Source of the DNA: Peribolospora baueri
Taxonomy: Eukaryota
Assembly (NCBI GenBank): GCA_029717555.1
Contig: JAMDHS010000046.1
Coordinates: 124,001-176,332 of the forward strand
Reading direction: 5' to 3'
Length of the DNA stretch: 52,332 bases
A program made the translations under genes and the position numbers. The notes beneath the pieces were generated by a model. The model had not been told where the DNA came from. It saw only the letters and a list, made by a program, of their open reading frames with translations, and did not search any database. This document shows, in pieces, positions 24,114 to 36,300 of this stretch; position 1 is the stretch's first letter, and each line of letters opens with the position of its first letter.

Positions 24114-26406
24114 ATGGCTTTCTCTGGGGCACTGGTGCGTACTACCTGTTCCAGGACTCAGGTGTCCCTGTTCGATCACACCTCACCCTCCTTTTTGCCA
24201 CATGTCGGTCGCCAGGCGCTCTCGGATCTCAACGACTTTCTCGGGCCTTCCCAGGCCTGTATTAAACCAGTAGAGCAATCGAATGCCCTCCCAGAGCTCT
24301 CTCCTGAGGAAGGCGCCGCTGCGGTGGGTGCGCGGCGATGGTGGTAGATTGGTTGTCAACCACAGGCTCATCCCATCCCTTCTCGCCTCACAGACCGAGA
24401 TTCGTCTTGATAGGGACGGCTCGTACTACGAAGCACAACGCCTATCCGACACTGTGACTTCGGCTTCAGCACCTCGCCCCAGGACCAAGCTAGAGACGGC
24501 GCAGATCACTCTTAATGACTGCCTCGCCTGCTCTGGCTGCGTGACGAGCGCTGAGAGCGTCCTGATCACCATGCAAAGTCATGAGGAGGTGTACAAAGTG
24601 GCAGAGGCGAATAAGGTGGGTCAAGCAAGCTTCCAGGCGAATCAGTGCAAAGGTCAGCCCTGGCTGAGCCGTGCCGTCGTTTTAATTTCAGACGAAAGCC
24701 GGGCCGCCTCGTGTTCTCGTCGCTTCCATATCTCCCCAATCCTTGTCATCTCTGTCCGCTCGTTATGGCCATATTCCACTTCCCAACGTGTTCGTCCGCG
24801 TCTCGCACTTCCTCAAAACTTCTTTGGGCTTTACCGCCGTTCAAGACACCACCTTTGCACGGCACATCGCTCTAGTCGAGCACGAGCTGGAATTTTTCGA
24901 AAGGCAGGACGCCCGGGCGAAGGCGATGGAGAAAGGCAAAACCAATGCGGAAGCCGACGCAGAAGCCGGCCTGCCCATGTTAGCCAGCGCGTGCCCTGGA
25001 TGGATCTGTTATGCGGAGAAGACCCACGGAGAGTTGTTGCCTTTTATCAGCAAGACGAAGAGCCCACAACAGATTGCTGGTACTCTGGTCAAGGAGTGGA
25101 TGGCGCGAAAGATAGGTTTGAGGTGAGACTTCCCTTCTTAGTAAATGTACATGAACCTACTCTGTACATGGACCTACTCTGTACTCATTGTGATTTATCT
25201 TTTTCATCCAGCCCGAATCAGGTGTATCACGTCACCGTAATGCCGTGTTATGACAAGAAACTCGAGGCATCTCGGCAGGACTTCTACAATGATGTCTTTG
25301 CCACCAGAGACGTTGATTGCGTTCTTACGACCGGGGAGCTCGATCTAATGATGCGAGAACACAGCTTCGACCTGTCTTTGCCTTACTCTGCCGAGACAGA
25401 GGACATCAGGCGCCTCACCGACGGAGTCATCGAGCTCTCCGTCCCAGCAGCCATTGAGCAAGCCAAGGATACAAGAGATGAGTCAGCAAGCCTACAAATT
25501 TCGACGCATCTTCATTCCCTGAAAGTGCCTTCGTTGGTCCAACACGCTGGCACTTCGAGCGGAAGCTACCTGTTCTCATTGATGTATTCCGCCTTGAGAC
25601 GGTCACTCTCAGTGAAGTCTGACTCTGATTCGTTCGAGCCGGAGGTCAAGATCAAGACCATACGCACGTCCGACTTCACCGAATACACGCTATCCACCTC
25701 TTCGACCACCTCAAAGGATGCGGAGTCGGGGTCTTCACGGAAGATCATCTTCCGGGGTGCACGTGTTTACGGTTTCCGCAACTTGCAGAACCTCGTTCGA
25801 AAGGTTGGAAAGCAGACCGGCGTGAGCGTCGGACGCGGTCCTGCTCTACAAGACGGACGAAGGAGAGGAGGGATGGTCCGGCGGGGAAGGACGGCCGATG
25901 CCGCCAAGATGGATGACGGCTATGACTATGTGGAGGTCATGGCCTGTCCAAGTGGCTGTGTTAACGGCGGCGGGCAACTTCGACCAGTAGCAGCGGACGA
26001 CCACATCGATCCGGAGGGGTTTCAAGACGGTTGGGCTAGGGCCAACAAGTCGGAGGACGTGCCAGTGCGAGAGCCCGTTGGAGGTTGGCAGGGCACTGCA
26101 AAGGAGTGGGTAGTAGAAGTTGAGAAGGCATATTGGAGCATAGTGCCATCAGACGCTCCTGGTTCTGTGAGCGTCGCTCCGGATGACATCCAGGCCACTA
26201 CCACTTCAGCCCTTTTGCAATCTCGGCCGCCCCATTTGACTTCGGCGGACAACATTGCCGCCCAAGTCATCGAAGAGATTTTGCAAAGCGTTGACGATGA
26301 CTCTTTCTCGCCCGACAAAGAGAGGGCAACAAGGCACCGTCTTTTCAGAACTCAGTACCGGGCCATACAGAGTGAGGAGGTGAATGGGCTGGCAGTCAAA
26401 TGGTGA
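24114..26406 (+). CDS. NAR1: Cytosolic Fe-S assembly factor Nar1/CIAO3, spliced
   Basis: MAFSGAL|ALSDLNDFLGPSQACIKP, ITLNDCLACSGCVTSAE, LPMLASACPGWICYAEK, VMPCYDKKLEASR, YGFRNLQN, YVEVMACPSGCVNGGGQ, ending KW. Confidence 0.95.
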
Positions 26407-26957
26407 CGAAGTGCAACTGGTCTGTCTCCCTCGGAAGGGTTGAGCATCTCAATGTATTACTACTTAACAAGGTAGACGCTACAGTCAAACTTTGGGGTCT
26501 GGTCTGCGTAGGCTTGGGTGTGGTCGAGGAGGCCGCCTTGAGCCATGACCATAGTCATGGAAGGGTGGATATATGCTGGGGGTCAGGGCCGGAAGGTGAA
26601 ATGTAGGCGAAGGCGAGTCCCGAGAGGGGTGGGAGGGAGGACTTCCGAGGTGAGTGGGAAGCTTGGGTCACATTCGATGCATGTGTACTATGCGGAAGGC
26701 CGCGGTTTGTGGGTTCCTGGGGACACCGGATATTTTGATCCACCGGGTTCGCAAATCCCAGTCGCTTGTCGCATCGCCTCTTCGCCCTCACCTGGAAATG
26801 TCCGCGCCAAAAAAAAAAAGACTTTCTCTACAGTCGGGGGCTCTTGGATGGAAGCTGGCGTTGCGTTGCGTTGCGCAGGCTTACCGTGAGCTAAGATCCG
26901 GCCAGGGGTGCCCCAGGGAGAGCATTCAAAGGTGGTGGCGTCGCTGACCGCCTTGGA

Positions 26958-27205
26958 CATTGGCGGTGTGACCATCGTGAAGGATCTCATCAAGGAAGAA
27001 GGCATGACTGCGTTCTTTAAGGGTTTGACACCAAAGGTGAGCTCTGCTGGTTATTGCCCGGTCCGTCCTTACACACAGATCCACCATTCTGTGCTGGTGT
27101 CATCTTCCTCCCCTTGTCGTCCAGATTCTTGTAGTCGGCCCCAAGCTGGTCTTCTCCTACACCCTCACCCAATCACTCATCCCGTGGTTCGGCAAATACG
27201 TTTGA
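26958..27205 (+). pseudogene. GGC1: 3'-terminal fragment (last two exons) of the mitochondrial GTP/GDP carrier
   Basis: GGVTIVKDLIKEEGMTAFFKGLTPK, intron 27038-27124, then ILVVGPKLVFSYTLTQSLIPWFGKYV*, which is the Ggc1/Yhm1 C-terminus. No upstream carrier repeats lie between the NAR1 stop (26406) and this fragment. Confidence 0.75.
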
Positions 27206-27641
27206 ACAACATCCCTTTCCTGCCCGTGTTGACTCCCACTCCCCACTCCGTCTACGTACAGATGTCTTGCTGCCCCCACATTCTGCGGTCGGACGCAATA
27301 GATCTTTCCATGCTGGATTCGAATTGCTTTCCACCAGGAGACATGCTAAATACATAGCAGAAAAGCGAATTCGATTCAATTCGGGAAAGAGAGCTGAGGA
27401 ATAGAGTGCGATGAACATGTTCAACCCCGATCCTGATCTCCTTAGTCTTCCTTCCCTATCTCGTTCTCAACCTTGATCTTAACTCTTACCTCGTTCACGC
27501 CTCGACCTCGCTCGGCCTGACTCCCAGCCTTTCTCGTCACTCGTCCATACCTTCCTTGCTTGCCCTGCAACCTCGATCCCGTTCGACCCCCCCGTTACAT
27601 TTTCACGAATCCACCCGTCAGGCACCGAGTCAGCAATCACC

Positions 27642-28009
27642 ATGTCCGGCGCAAACGACCTCTTGGACCTCCAAGTCAATCAGATCCTCACCAGTCTACG
27701 GGATCTGCACATCTCCGGCCACGACACCGACGACGCCAACAGCCGTCAAGAGCTTGCAACATCATCGCCCCGATGGTCGCTGCCATCCGCCACGAAGCGA
27801 CACCCGCCTCATCAAGGCTCCCGAAGCCGCCGCAACCCAACCGATTCTCCGGCGCCAAGAGGTCGCACGCCGCTACGGAGGGATTCGTCGCTTCCCTCGA
27901 CAACTATTTTAAATTTTACTAACTTTCGGATGAGCAGAAAATTGATTTTGCCATCACTTGCTTCGAGGGGGACGCCGCTCAATGGATCCGAAACTTGCAT
28001 CTAGTCTAG
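27642..28009 (+). mobile_element. Degenerate Ty3/gypsy-like retrotransposon gag fragment
   Basis: KPPQPNRFSG..FVASLDNYFKFY*LSDEQKIDFAITCFEGDAAQW fits the retrotransposon gag pattern (P..FSG..YF..SDE.KI.FA..L.G.AA.W). There is a frameshift near 27760 and TAA at 27920; no pol or LTR was recognised. Confidence 0.65.
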
Positions 28010-28356
28010 AGGCCAGCCTTCCGCCTTCTTGTCGTCCATCAGGAATGGGTCAGGTCAGAGAATTTGACCTTTTTCAGCTCATTGTAGCCCGCCATCTGTT
28101 TCTTGCTTCAGCACTGATCTACAAGATTGGTTTAGGTCGCCACGCCGGTCTCAGCGCACGAGAACGAGTCGGGTCCATCGGATCGACGTCTGACTTGATC
28201 GCTTTCGCTCTTACTGCAGGCGGCGTGTCATCTCCGAACTCTATCAGCTTGACGCTTGTCCCTTCATCGTCAGTGTTCGCATCCTTTCCGCCACCTGTTC
28301 GCCTCCAGCGGCGATCAACACCGCATTCTCGGCATTTTTGGACGCTCTTCTTGGAC

Positions 28357-30302
28357 ATGTCCGCCAACGATCTCAGCGCGGGCCTCCAGGGTCTCTCTAT
28401 CCAGTCTTCGCCCGGCCCCGACGATGCGGGCAACGTGCATCCGTCTCTGCGCCCAAAGCGCTCGATGCCACGTTTCAATCACGGCAGTATGAACTCGTCG
28501 CCGGAGCCTCCTTTGCCCAATCCGGGATATGGCAGCGCCGTCTCCATGTTCGCGCCCCAAGCAAACTATTCCACCGGTAGCTCGCCTCAGCTACAGGGCC
28601 GCGACGGACACTCGCCTCCGTCCGCGTCCGCGCTATTCGAACGTCTGTTCGGAAGCGACTATTCGTCGCCTCCGCCAAGCCAGATGCCGAACTTCAACAA
28701 CTTTGGGCCCGGATACGGCGTTCCGCAAGGAGGGGTTGGAGTGAGTAGTCGCAGCGGCGTCTATGTTTAGAAGGCGGTTGGTTGCCATCAACTTAACCGC
28801 GCTGTTCATGCTTTGCTATATGCGCCAATAACCTGTTTAGCCGTGGACCGAGTCGCTTTCGGGCACCGCTTCGCCATCCCAGGGATATGGTCAGCCTTAG
28901 GAAAGCTTTTTCCCCCCTTCGCAGCCCGGTTCTGGGTTCATGGGCGCTGTGGCCCAGGGCAACGACGAGTGAGTGACCAACTAGCGTTTTTCGGCAAAGT
29001 GTGCGTGCGTTGACTCTGCCGTGGCTTTGTTTTCGTTTCAGGGTCATCCCCATCGCCATCGTCATTAAGAACATTAGCTTCAGCGTTCAGAAAGAACAGC
29101 TGCTTCAGGTTATCGTGAGGAACCCGGCAACTCCGGAAGGAATGTTCACGTGGGCTAAATCTTTCCTTTCTTTATCCCTCATCACCATCACAGGAGGATC
29201 TTCACATTCCCATTCCGTACGCTTTCAACTACCACTATGACAACGGCGTGTTCCGTGGACTTGCCTTTGCCAACTTCCGCTCTTCCGAGGAGGCTGACGC
29301 GGTAGTGGCGGCTTGGACGGTTATGATGTTGCCGGTCGCAAGTTGCGGGTGGAGTACAAGAAGGTGCTTCAAGCTGGCGAAAAGGAGCGTATTCAGAAGG
29401 AGAAGGCCATTAAGCGCATGCAGAGCATGCAGCTGGAGAAGGAGCGTCAGCGGCAGGCTGAGGCTCAGGGCCAAGGCCAATACGCGGCCAATTTCGGCGG
29501 TGCGCACTCGCAGGGTCCAAGTTCGGATGCCTTGACCGACGATGGATACTGCAACACACAAGTGCGTTCTCGGGCTCTGTGCCCCTGACTGCTGCTTAGG
29601 GGCCTTCCGGCTGCCATGAACGTATTTGAGGCTGGCGCTCTCTCCGACAAGTCAGGCGGTGGTGGATACAGGAAAGATGGTGAGACATGATGATTACCTC
29701 GCAGACACTTTCTCGCTATATCTAGGGCTGATCTGTTAACGTCTGTGTGATGCTTTGCACGACTTTGTATGAAAAAGTCGGCACCCGACATGAAGCGCGA
29801 GCGCGATACCAGTTACACCTACAGCAATTCGCCTAGTGGCCATCTGGCTCCAGGGTCGTCAGCCTCTCTGGCTGGCAGGAGGAGCAACTCGAACCTCCGC
29901 GATGGATATTCCGTCACTGTCGGCTGCCGGCCCCAGGCGGGCGGCATCGGAGGAGCCGCTGGGCTCGCAAGCATGTTCAATTCACCTTTTGGAGAAGGCT
30001 CTGATGTGCCCCCCCTCGTGCCGTCGTTGCCTCTGTCTTTCGACGTCAGCAACAACTCTTACCGCTGGAGCCGCTAACCTTGTTCGCCAGCCTCGAGGTC
30101 CTCCTGCCGCCGGCTCGCCTACAGAAAGCAACTTTGCGCTGCGCTCCCGTGTGCAGGTCAGCTCCCCCAACAACAACGCAGCCGGGTCCGCCCACTCTGA
30201 TGAAGCCACTCCAAGCTCTGAGCCCGGTTACACTGACGGTGCTGGTGGAATGGGCCGCGACAACAACCTTAACTTCCAGTCTCATGAGCCCCTCGAGTTT
30301 AG
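28357..30302 (+). pseudogene. PIN4: Disabled Pin4/Cip1-Cip2-like RRM RNA-binding protein gene (intron-containing)
   Basis: RRM VIPIAIVIKNISF..PYAFNYHYDNGVFRGLAFANF..GRKLRVEYKKVLQAGEKERI, plus RQPRGP and QSHEPLE. Lesions: in-frame TAG at 28898, frameshift at ~29313, frameshift at ~30058; no R3H domain seen. Confidence 0.75.
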
Positions 30303-30585
30303 GTCCCACATGCTCATCTTCTTTCATTCTTCTTACAACCAACCATACTTCTTGTACCATTGTCATCGGGCATGGTGTGCCTTAGTCAAATCGCATTCCT
30401 ATGATTGCCTTAACCTAGCTACTCGTTCCCACCTCGGTTGTTGTCCGTCGGACGTCAGTTACCTCACACGTGCTTTGGAAACCTTTGAGCATCTAAACAG
30501 TGTAACGACTTAAGAGGCTCTGTGTATTTCAAGGAAACAACCCGGATGCTGGTGATGACTACCCTGGCACGTCAGACACATCGTA

Positions 30586-30607
30586 CACGTGACTGGGATC
30601 ACGTGAC
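30586..30607. promoter_or_regulatory. Two tandem CACGTGAC E-box (bHLH/Cbf1-type) motifs beside a poly-T tract
   Basis: CACGTGAC at 30586 and TCACGTGAC at 30599; T-run at ~30626-30641. Function is inferred only. Confidence 0.3.
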
Positions 30608-33074
30608 TCAGGCCCAGAATCACGGTTTTTTTTTTTTTTTTGAAATGGGTGAGCCACCGTAGCCTCAGCATCAGTCAACTGCCAAGTAACGCACGTTGTC
30701 CCATCGGTCTAGTTTTTCAAAACGCAAGGTTGCCAGAATAGGCGTAGACCAAAAGGACAATAATCAATAAAACGTACTTACTGATGAAAAATCACCAAAT
30801 GATCTGCATTGATCCCAGATCGATTCAACGCACCGAAAAAAACCCAAAATTTCCAATGGTAACCTTCTCCAGGATTAGCGTCTTGTTCAAGGGTACAGAC
30901 ATCGGCTCGTCAGTCAGTTTTGAGATGAGCTCCCATCCACGTGAAGCCTGGTTTTGAGATATTCTTTTCACGGTCAGTCTGCGCATGTTGGCAAAGCCTA
31001 TGGGTACAATGAAAGAAATTATTTGAGTGACTGGCACTTCTTTTATGGGCTTTACCAATCATTCGTTTTAAGATTTAGTAACACAGACAGAACGGTCCAC
31101 TCCAAGGACCTCATGTCCGTCGATCGTTCTGCACTGCACGTATGTAGACCATAACTTGGCAATTTATTACAACTTTGCGTGTTTACAGTGTCAGGTTGGC
31201 TGACCGCAGACAAAGATCACATGGTCCGTCTCCCACTGAAATGATTTTTCATGGTTGTTCCCAAATTTTAGAAGCTCCATTATCTTGCAAAATCTCGAAA
31301 GGAGACAGACCTACCTGTACCCAGCCAGGTAGGCACTTAAAAATATCGTATGAAAATCTGGCATTTTTTGTGCTGTCAAAATAGACACTACGTTGCCTGT
31401 CTTGCAACGAAAAAAGGTTGATCCTTCTTTTACCCTAGCTAAGAATGATCCTGCCTTGCACGGTCCACCTGCTGAGATGCTTTCATTGTGGACGTAATTG
31501 TTGGACTGGAGCAAGATTGTAACCAACATCGCGCTATTTATGGCTAAATTGGAGAAAGAAAGGAATTTGCCGCCAAAAGGATGTCACCGGGAAGATGCAT
31601 ACGTGGTATCTGGAAACTGTTGCGGCTGTGTTGCATTGTTGACCTTCTAGGCTGACACTGTTTTCCAAAAAAAAAGAAAAAAAGATTTCATCTCTTCTGG
31701 CATGGGCTGCCCCGCATTGTCTAAAGTCTGTCGAGGCTTCGGTCATGGCCGTGACTCGTCGCGGGTCACTTGTCGATCTCGGTATCAGTCTGTCCGTCGG
31801 CGCCACGCATGTTGCGAAAAACGCACCACAACATCAACAGGTTATGACGTCACCAAAAGTCGAGAGTGGACTTCCATGGAGATAGATCTCTCATGTGGAG
31901 ACTGCGAGGTTATTCCGCGGTAGGCTCGCAGATGGCCTAGCATTCGGAGACGCCAGTATTGATCCAGCCCATTCTTAACAAAACCGATATCCATTGGCCT
32001 TCCGGTACAAGACGGGAACAGTCTTCCTCGGCGTAACGATTATGGCTCAAGAGTCATCACGCTTACCCACGGCAAAGGTCCGCATAAACTGTGTGATCTA
32101 AGTCAGTCTGTGTCAAACGTTTCGTAAGGGTTTGCACCTCAACGAGCGACCTTGAGAGGGAAGTTTGGATTTGATAGTTTGAGGCGGAAAGTACACCGAA
32201 AAGACGTACCTGCGCTAAGGACGAAGTAATACCATTGAGGAAAAGGTTGGGGTAGAGGCCCTTTGCAAGGAAGAGAGAGTCGGATACGATTGCGAAAATC
32301 GTTGGCTGGAATTAAGAGTCAGTCTACTATTAGCCTCAGAAGGTGCGCTTTTTGCATCTTCAGGATACTGATGGGTGACCTGGACCATAGGAAGAGATCA
32401 TGACCGAACCGCACACGGGTATCAGCACGGCAGGAGAACCTGTAATCATCACAGGAGCGCTGCATCCAGTTGCAAAAACCTAGCCAAGCAGACTTACATT
32501 GTGGAAAAACATTATCCGGCTATCCCTGATCATGCTGAGACGATGATCCGAACGTGAGGTCCATCTCTACTGACTTACGTCGTTTGCACTGCCTTGAAAG
32601 TGCATGGTGGGCAATGCTACTGACACTGTTTTATGGCAAACCGGAGGGAATGATTATGTAATCTCATTCTGTCACGTGATTGGGTTACCTGTCGTCGCCA
32701 GCCTGTACGCGTAGGCTTCGAAAGCATCGTCCACTTCCTACGCAATGGGCATTCTTCCTACCATCATCTCACAGCAGCATACCAGACGGATGCGGTAGTC
32801 GGGACATGGAAATGCGTTAATCGGCCCACAATATTCGCTTTCATCTGGTGATGGCAGCCTAGTTCAGTTTCACCTGGCTGTGGAGCCGACGTCGACCCTA
32901 AAGCGGACGGCCGGAAAGGTTGAGATGGTGCGACAGAGGGTTGGGGTATTGGCGCCATGAAGAAACCGTTGCGGAGAGAACCGGTCTTCTTATATCTTAG
33001 GCGGTGAGGCTGTCCATAGCGCCCTCTCTATTCTCCTATCTAGACTCGTTTCTCATCTAAACCATCCACCAACA

Positions 33075-34088
33075 ATGTTTGCGGAGGAGCTGAAGGCTTT
33101 GCGCAGGATGGGCGTGCGCGATGTAAGTGGCCTCATTTCAGTTGCACAGACGAAGAATACTTGCTCGTATCACTTTCGGTCTACTGGCGTCGCGCGTGGC
33201 TGACAAGACCCAAAACAGGCCGTCCTCCAAGTCCTCAACTTCGTCACGGTTCTTTCGACGGCCCTAGCGATGTGGAAGGGCCTGAGCGTGTTGACGGACA
33301 CCGAAAGTCCCGTTGTTGTTGTGCTCAGGTGCGTCAGGTCGCCGATTCGCATTTGAGGGGACGTCAGTCCTGGTCTTCCCAGTTGCCAAGACGGCTGAGC
33401 TTTCCTGTGCTGTCTGCTCTTCCAGTGGCTCGATGGAACCGGCTTTTCAGCGCGGAGATCTTCTCTTCCTCTCTATGCCCAGCGGTCCTCTTCGTGTGGG
33501 CGACATCACGGTCTATAAGGTGCCCGGGGCCGACATTCCAATTGTGCACCGCGTCGTTGAGACGCACGACCGGTGAGTGAATGCGCATTGTACAAGGATG
33601 ACGGCATGTCAAAAGTCGCGTTCGATGGTAGCAGAACTGATTCGCATACATCTTTGGCTTTTGGCTTGTCAACTGACGACCCTGCGATTGCAAAAGACCT
33701 GATTCCGACGAGCAGCTCTTGTTAACCAAAGGCGATAACAACAGAGACGACGATATCAGCCTATACAACGGGCCTCTCTGGTTGAAGCGGTCGCAAGTTA
33801 TCGGAAAAGTACAAGGGTGAGTTTGCAGGGTCATCTTCGCATGGTGTCGTGCTAGTCACTGGGATAGATCTAGCCAGTCTCCTGGGGGGACATTCCCCAC
33901 TATATTCTTTATGTCAGAATCAAATCTTCTACGGTCTTCTTACGGACATATCACTTTTGATGCCGTTTAGATACCTTCCCTACGTGGGCTACGTCACAAT
34001 CATGCTCAACGACTACCCCAAGCTGAAATACGCCGTTCTAGGCTTGCTTGGGCTTTCCCTTGTTTTCCAAAAGGATCATGCAATATAG
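33075..34088 (+). CDS. SEC11: Signal peptidase complex catalytic subunit Sec11 (copy 1), spliced
   Basis: [85 protein letters not shown]. Confidence 0.95.
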
Positions 34089-34486
34089 TATGATTGATCG
34101 ATCTATTCGGTGATCGTCAGCAGATAGATAGCTTCTAACCGAGAGACTCTTGGCTCTCTTTACCTGGTACCGACGAACCCTGTAGATCATCGAGGTGTAA
34201 GTCTGGCTCAGACCTTGTCTTCCAACGATTCGTTGAGGATATAGGAGACGATATATGACACATAAAAGAACTCGATTCCTCTCCCCTCTGTGATGTGACC
34301 GGCCACTCTGTGACGGCACTTCGGGGCCCGGATTACCCATGTAGAACCGATCACGTGTAGACTAGGCCACGTGCCGGGGCTGCCAAGCTCCTTTGTTGCC
34401 AAGCTGGCCACCATCACGGAGGAATACCATTTCTTTCGCTATCATTCAGCTAGTTGGCACCATTACACCCTCCTCTCCCAAGTCCA

Positions 34487-35500
34487 ATGTTTGCGGAGGA
34501 GCTGAAGGCTTTGCGCAGGATGGGCGTGCGCAATGTAAGTGGCCTCATTTCAGTTGCACAGACGAAGAATACTTGCTCGTATCACTTTCGGTCTACTGGC
34601 GTCGCGCGTGGCTGACAAGACCCAAAACAGGCCGTCCTCCAAGTCCTCAACTTCGTCACGGTTCTTTCGACGGCCCTAGCGATGTGGAAGGGCCTGAGCG
34701 TGTTGACGGACACCGAAAGTCCCGTTGTTGTTGTGCTCAGGTGCGTCAGGTCGCCGATTCGCATTTGAGGGGACGTCAGTCCTGGTCTTCCCAGTTGCCA
34801 AGACGGCTGAGCTTTCCTGTGCTGTCTGCTCTTCCAGTGGCTCGATGGAACCGGCTTTTCAGCGCGGAGATCTTCTCTTCCTCTCTATGCCCAGCGGTCC
34901 TCTTCGTGTGGGCGACATCACGGTCTATAAGGTGCCCGGGGCCGACATTCCAATTGTGCACCGCGTCGTTGAGACGCACGACCGGTGAGTGAATGCGCAT
35001 TGTACAAGGATGACGGCATGTCAAAAGTCGCGTTCGATGGTAGCAGAACTGATTCGCATACATCTTTGGCTTTTGGCTTGTCAACTGACGACCCTGCGAT
35101 TGCAAAAGACCTGATTCCGACGAGCAGCTCTTGTTAACCAAAGGCGATAACAACAGAGACGACGATATCAGCCTATACAACGGGCCTCTCTGGTTGAAGC
35201 GGTCGCAAGTTATCGGAAAAGTACAAGGGTGAGTTTGCAGGGTCATCTTCGCATGGTGTCGTGCTAGTCACTGGGATAGATCTAGCCAGTCTCCTGGGGG
35301 GACATTCCCCACTATATTCTTTATGTCAGAATCAAATCTTCTACGGTCTTCTTACGGACATATCACTTTTGATGCCGTTTAGATACCTTCCCTACGTGGG
35401 CTACGTCACAATCATGCTCAACGACTACCCCAAGCTGAAATACGCCGTTCTAGGCTTGCTTGGGCTTTCCCTTGTTTTCCAAAAGGATCATGCAATATAG
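34487..35500 (+). CDS. SEC11: Signal peptidase complex catalytic subunit Sec11 (copy 2; native promoter/5'UTR not included in the duplication)
   Basis: Same exons as copy 1 shifted by 1412 nt; one visible change G33120 vs A34532 (D16N). Confidence 0.75.
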
Positions 35501-36300
35501 TATGATTGATCGATCTATTCGGTGATCGTCAGCAGATAGATAGCTTCTAACCGAGAGACTCTTGGCTCTCTTTACCTGGTACCGACGAACCCTGTAGATC
35601 ATCGAGGTGTAAGTCTGGCTCAGACCTTGTCTTCCAACGATTCGTTGAGGATATAGGAGACGATATATGACACATAAAAGAACTCGATTCCTCTCCCCTC
35701 TGTGATGTGACCGGCCACTCTGTGACGGCACTTCGGGGCCCGGATTACCCATGTAGAACCGATCACGTGTAGACTAGGCCACGTGCCGGGGCTGCCAAGC
35801 TCCTTTGTTGCCAAGCTGGCCACCATCACGGAGGAATACCATTTCTTTCGCTATCATTCAGCTAGTTGGCACCATTACATCCTCTTCTCCCCAGTCCAAC
35901 TATCTTCCACAACATCAAGGAGGGGATACTGTTACAGAGCAACCAGCACCCGGCCGAGGCAACTACTGTATAGGCGATTCCCACGGGATTTGGCCACGTG
36001 GCAAAGGTGACCCCCCTAACACCGCCTATGTCCGTTACCTCCTTGCGGGGATACCGCAGCGATCGGGTCACTCACCCCGTTACACCAGCGGCAGGAAGAT
36101 CAAGAAGTCTCGGGCACTCCTCGAATCTGAGGCTTCCGCAGAAGCCTTCGGCATCGGCAGTGTAGGACGCGCTATGGGCAGCTACCAACGCCAGAAGGAG
36201 TAGGCTCGAGTTCGAACTCGGCAATCGACTTGGGCACCTTGTTGAGAGCTCAGCCCACGCACAATTGGAGCATGTGCTAGTGGCTCGTAGGAGAGATTAC

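Larger units (their letters stand above)
33073..35899 (+). repeat. Near-identical tandem duplication, 1412-bp unit containing the whole SEC11 CDS
   Basis: ORF-track entries recur with identical translations at +1412 (e.g. 33313/34725, 33849/35261). The junction has CAA microhomology (33073-75, 34485-87, 35897-99). Confidence 0.95.

Noticed and set aside
27300..27640. Possible LTR/PBS upstream of gag
   Set aside because: No TG..CA-bounded repeat pair, primer-binding site or target-site duplication could be identified.
30553..30620. C-box-like GTGATGA as a possible C/D snoRNA; CACGTG + poly-T as a point centromere
   Set aside because: No suitably placed CTGA D box or terminal stem; no CDEII/CDEIII structure, and point centromeres are not expected in this lineage.
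30954..31154. FHGQSAH resembling an M20 peptidase motif
   Set aside because: A single short match with no other family motifs nearby.
34393..34992. 199-aa ORF spanning the duplication junction, as a novel fusion gene
   Set aside because: Not in the SEC11 frame at the junction, starts at a non-ATG codon and reads through introns.
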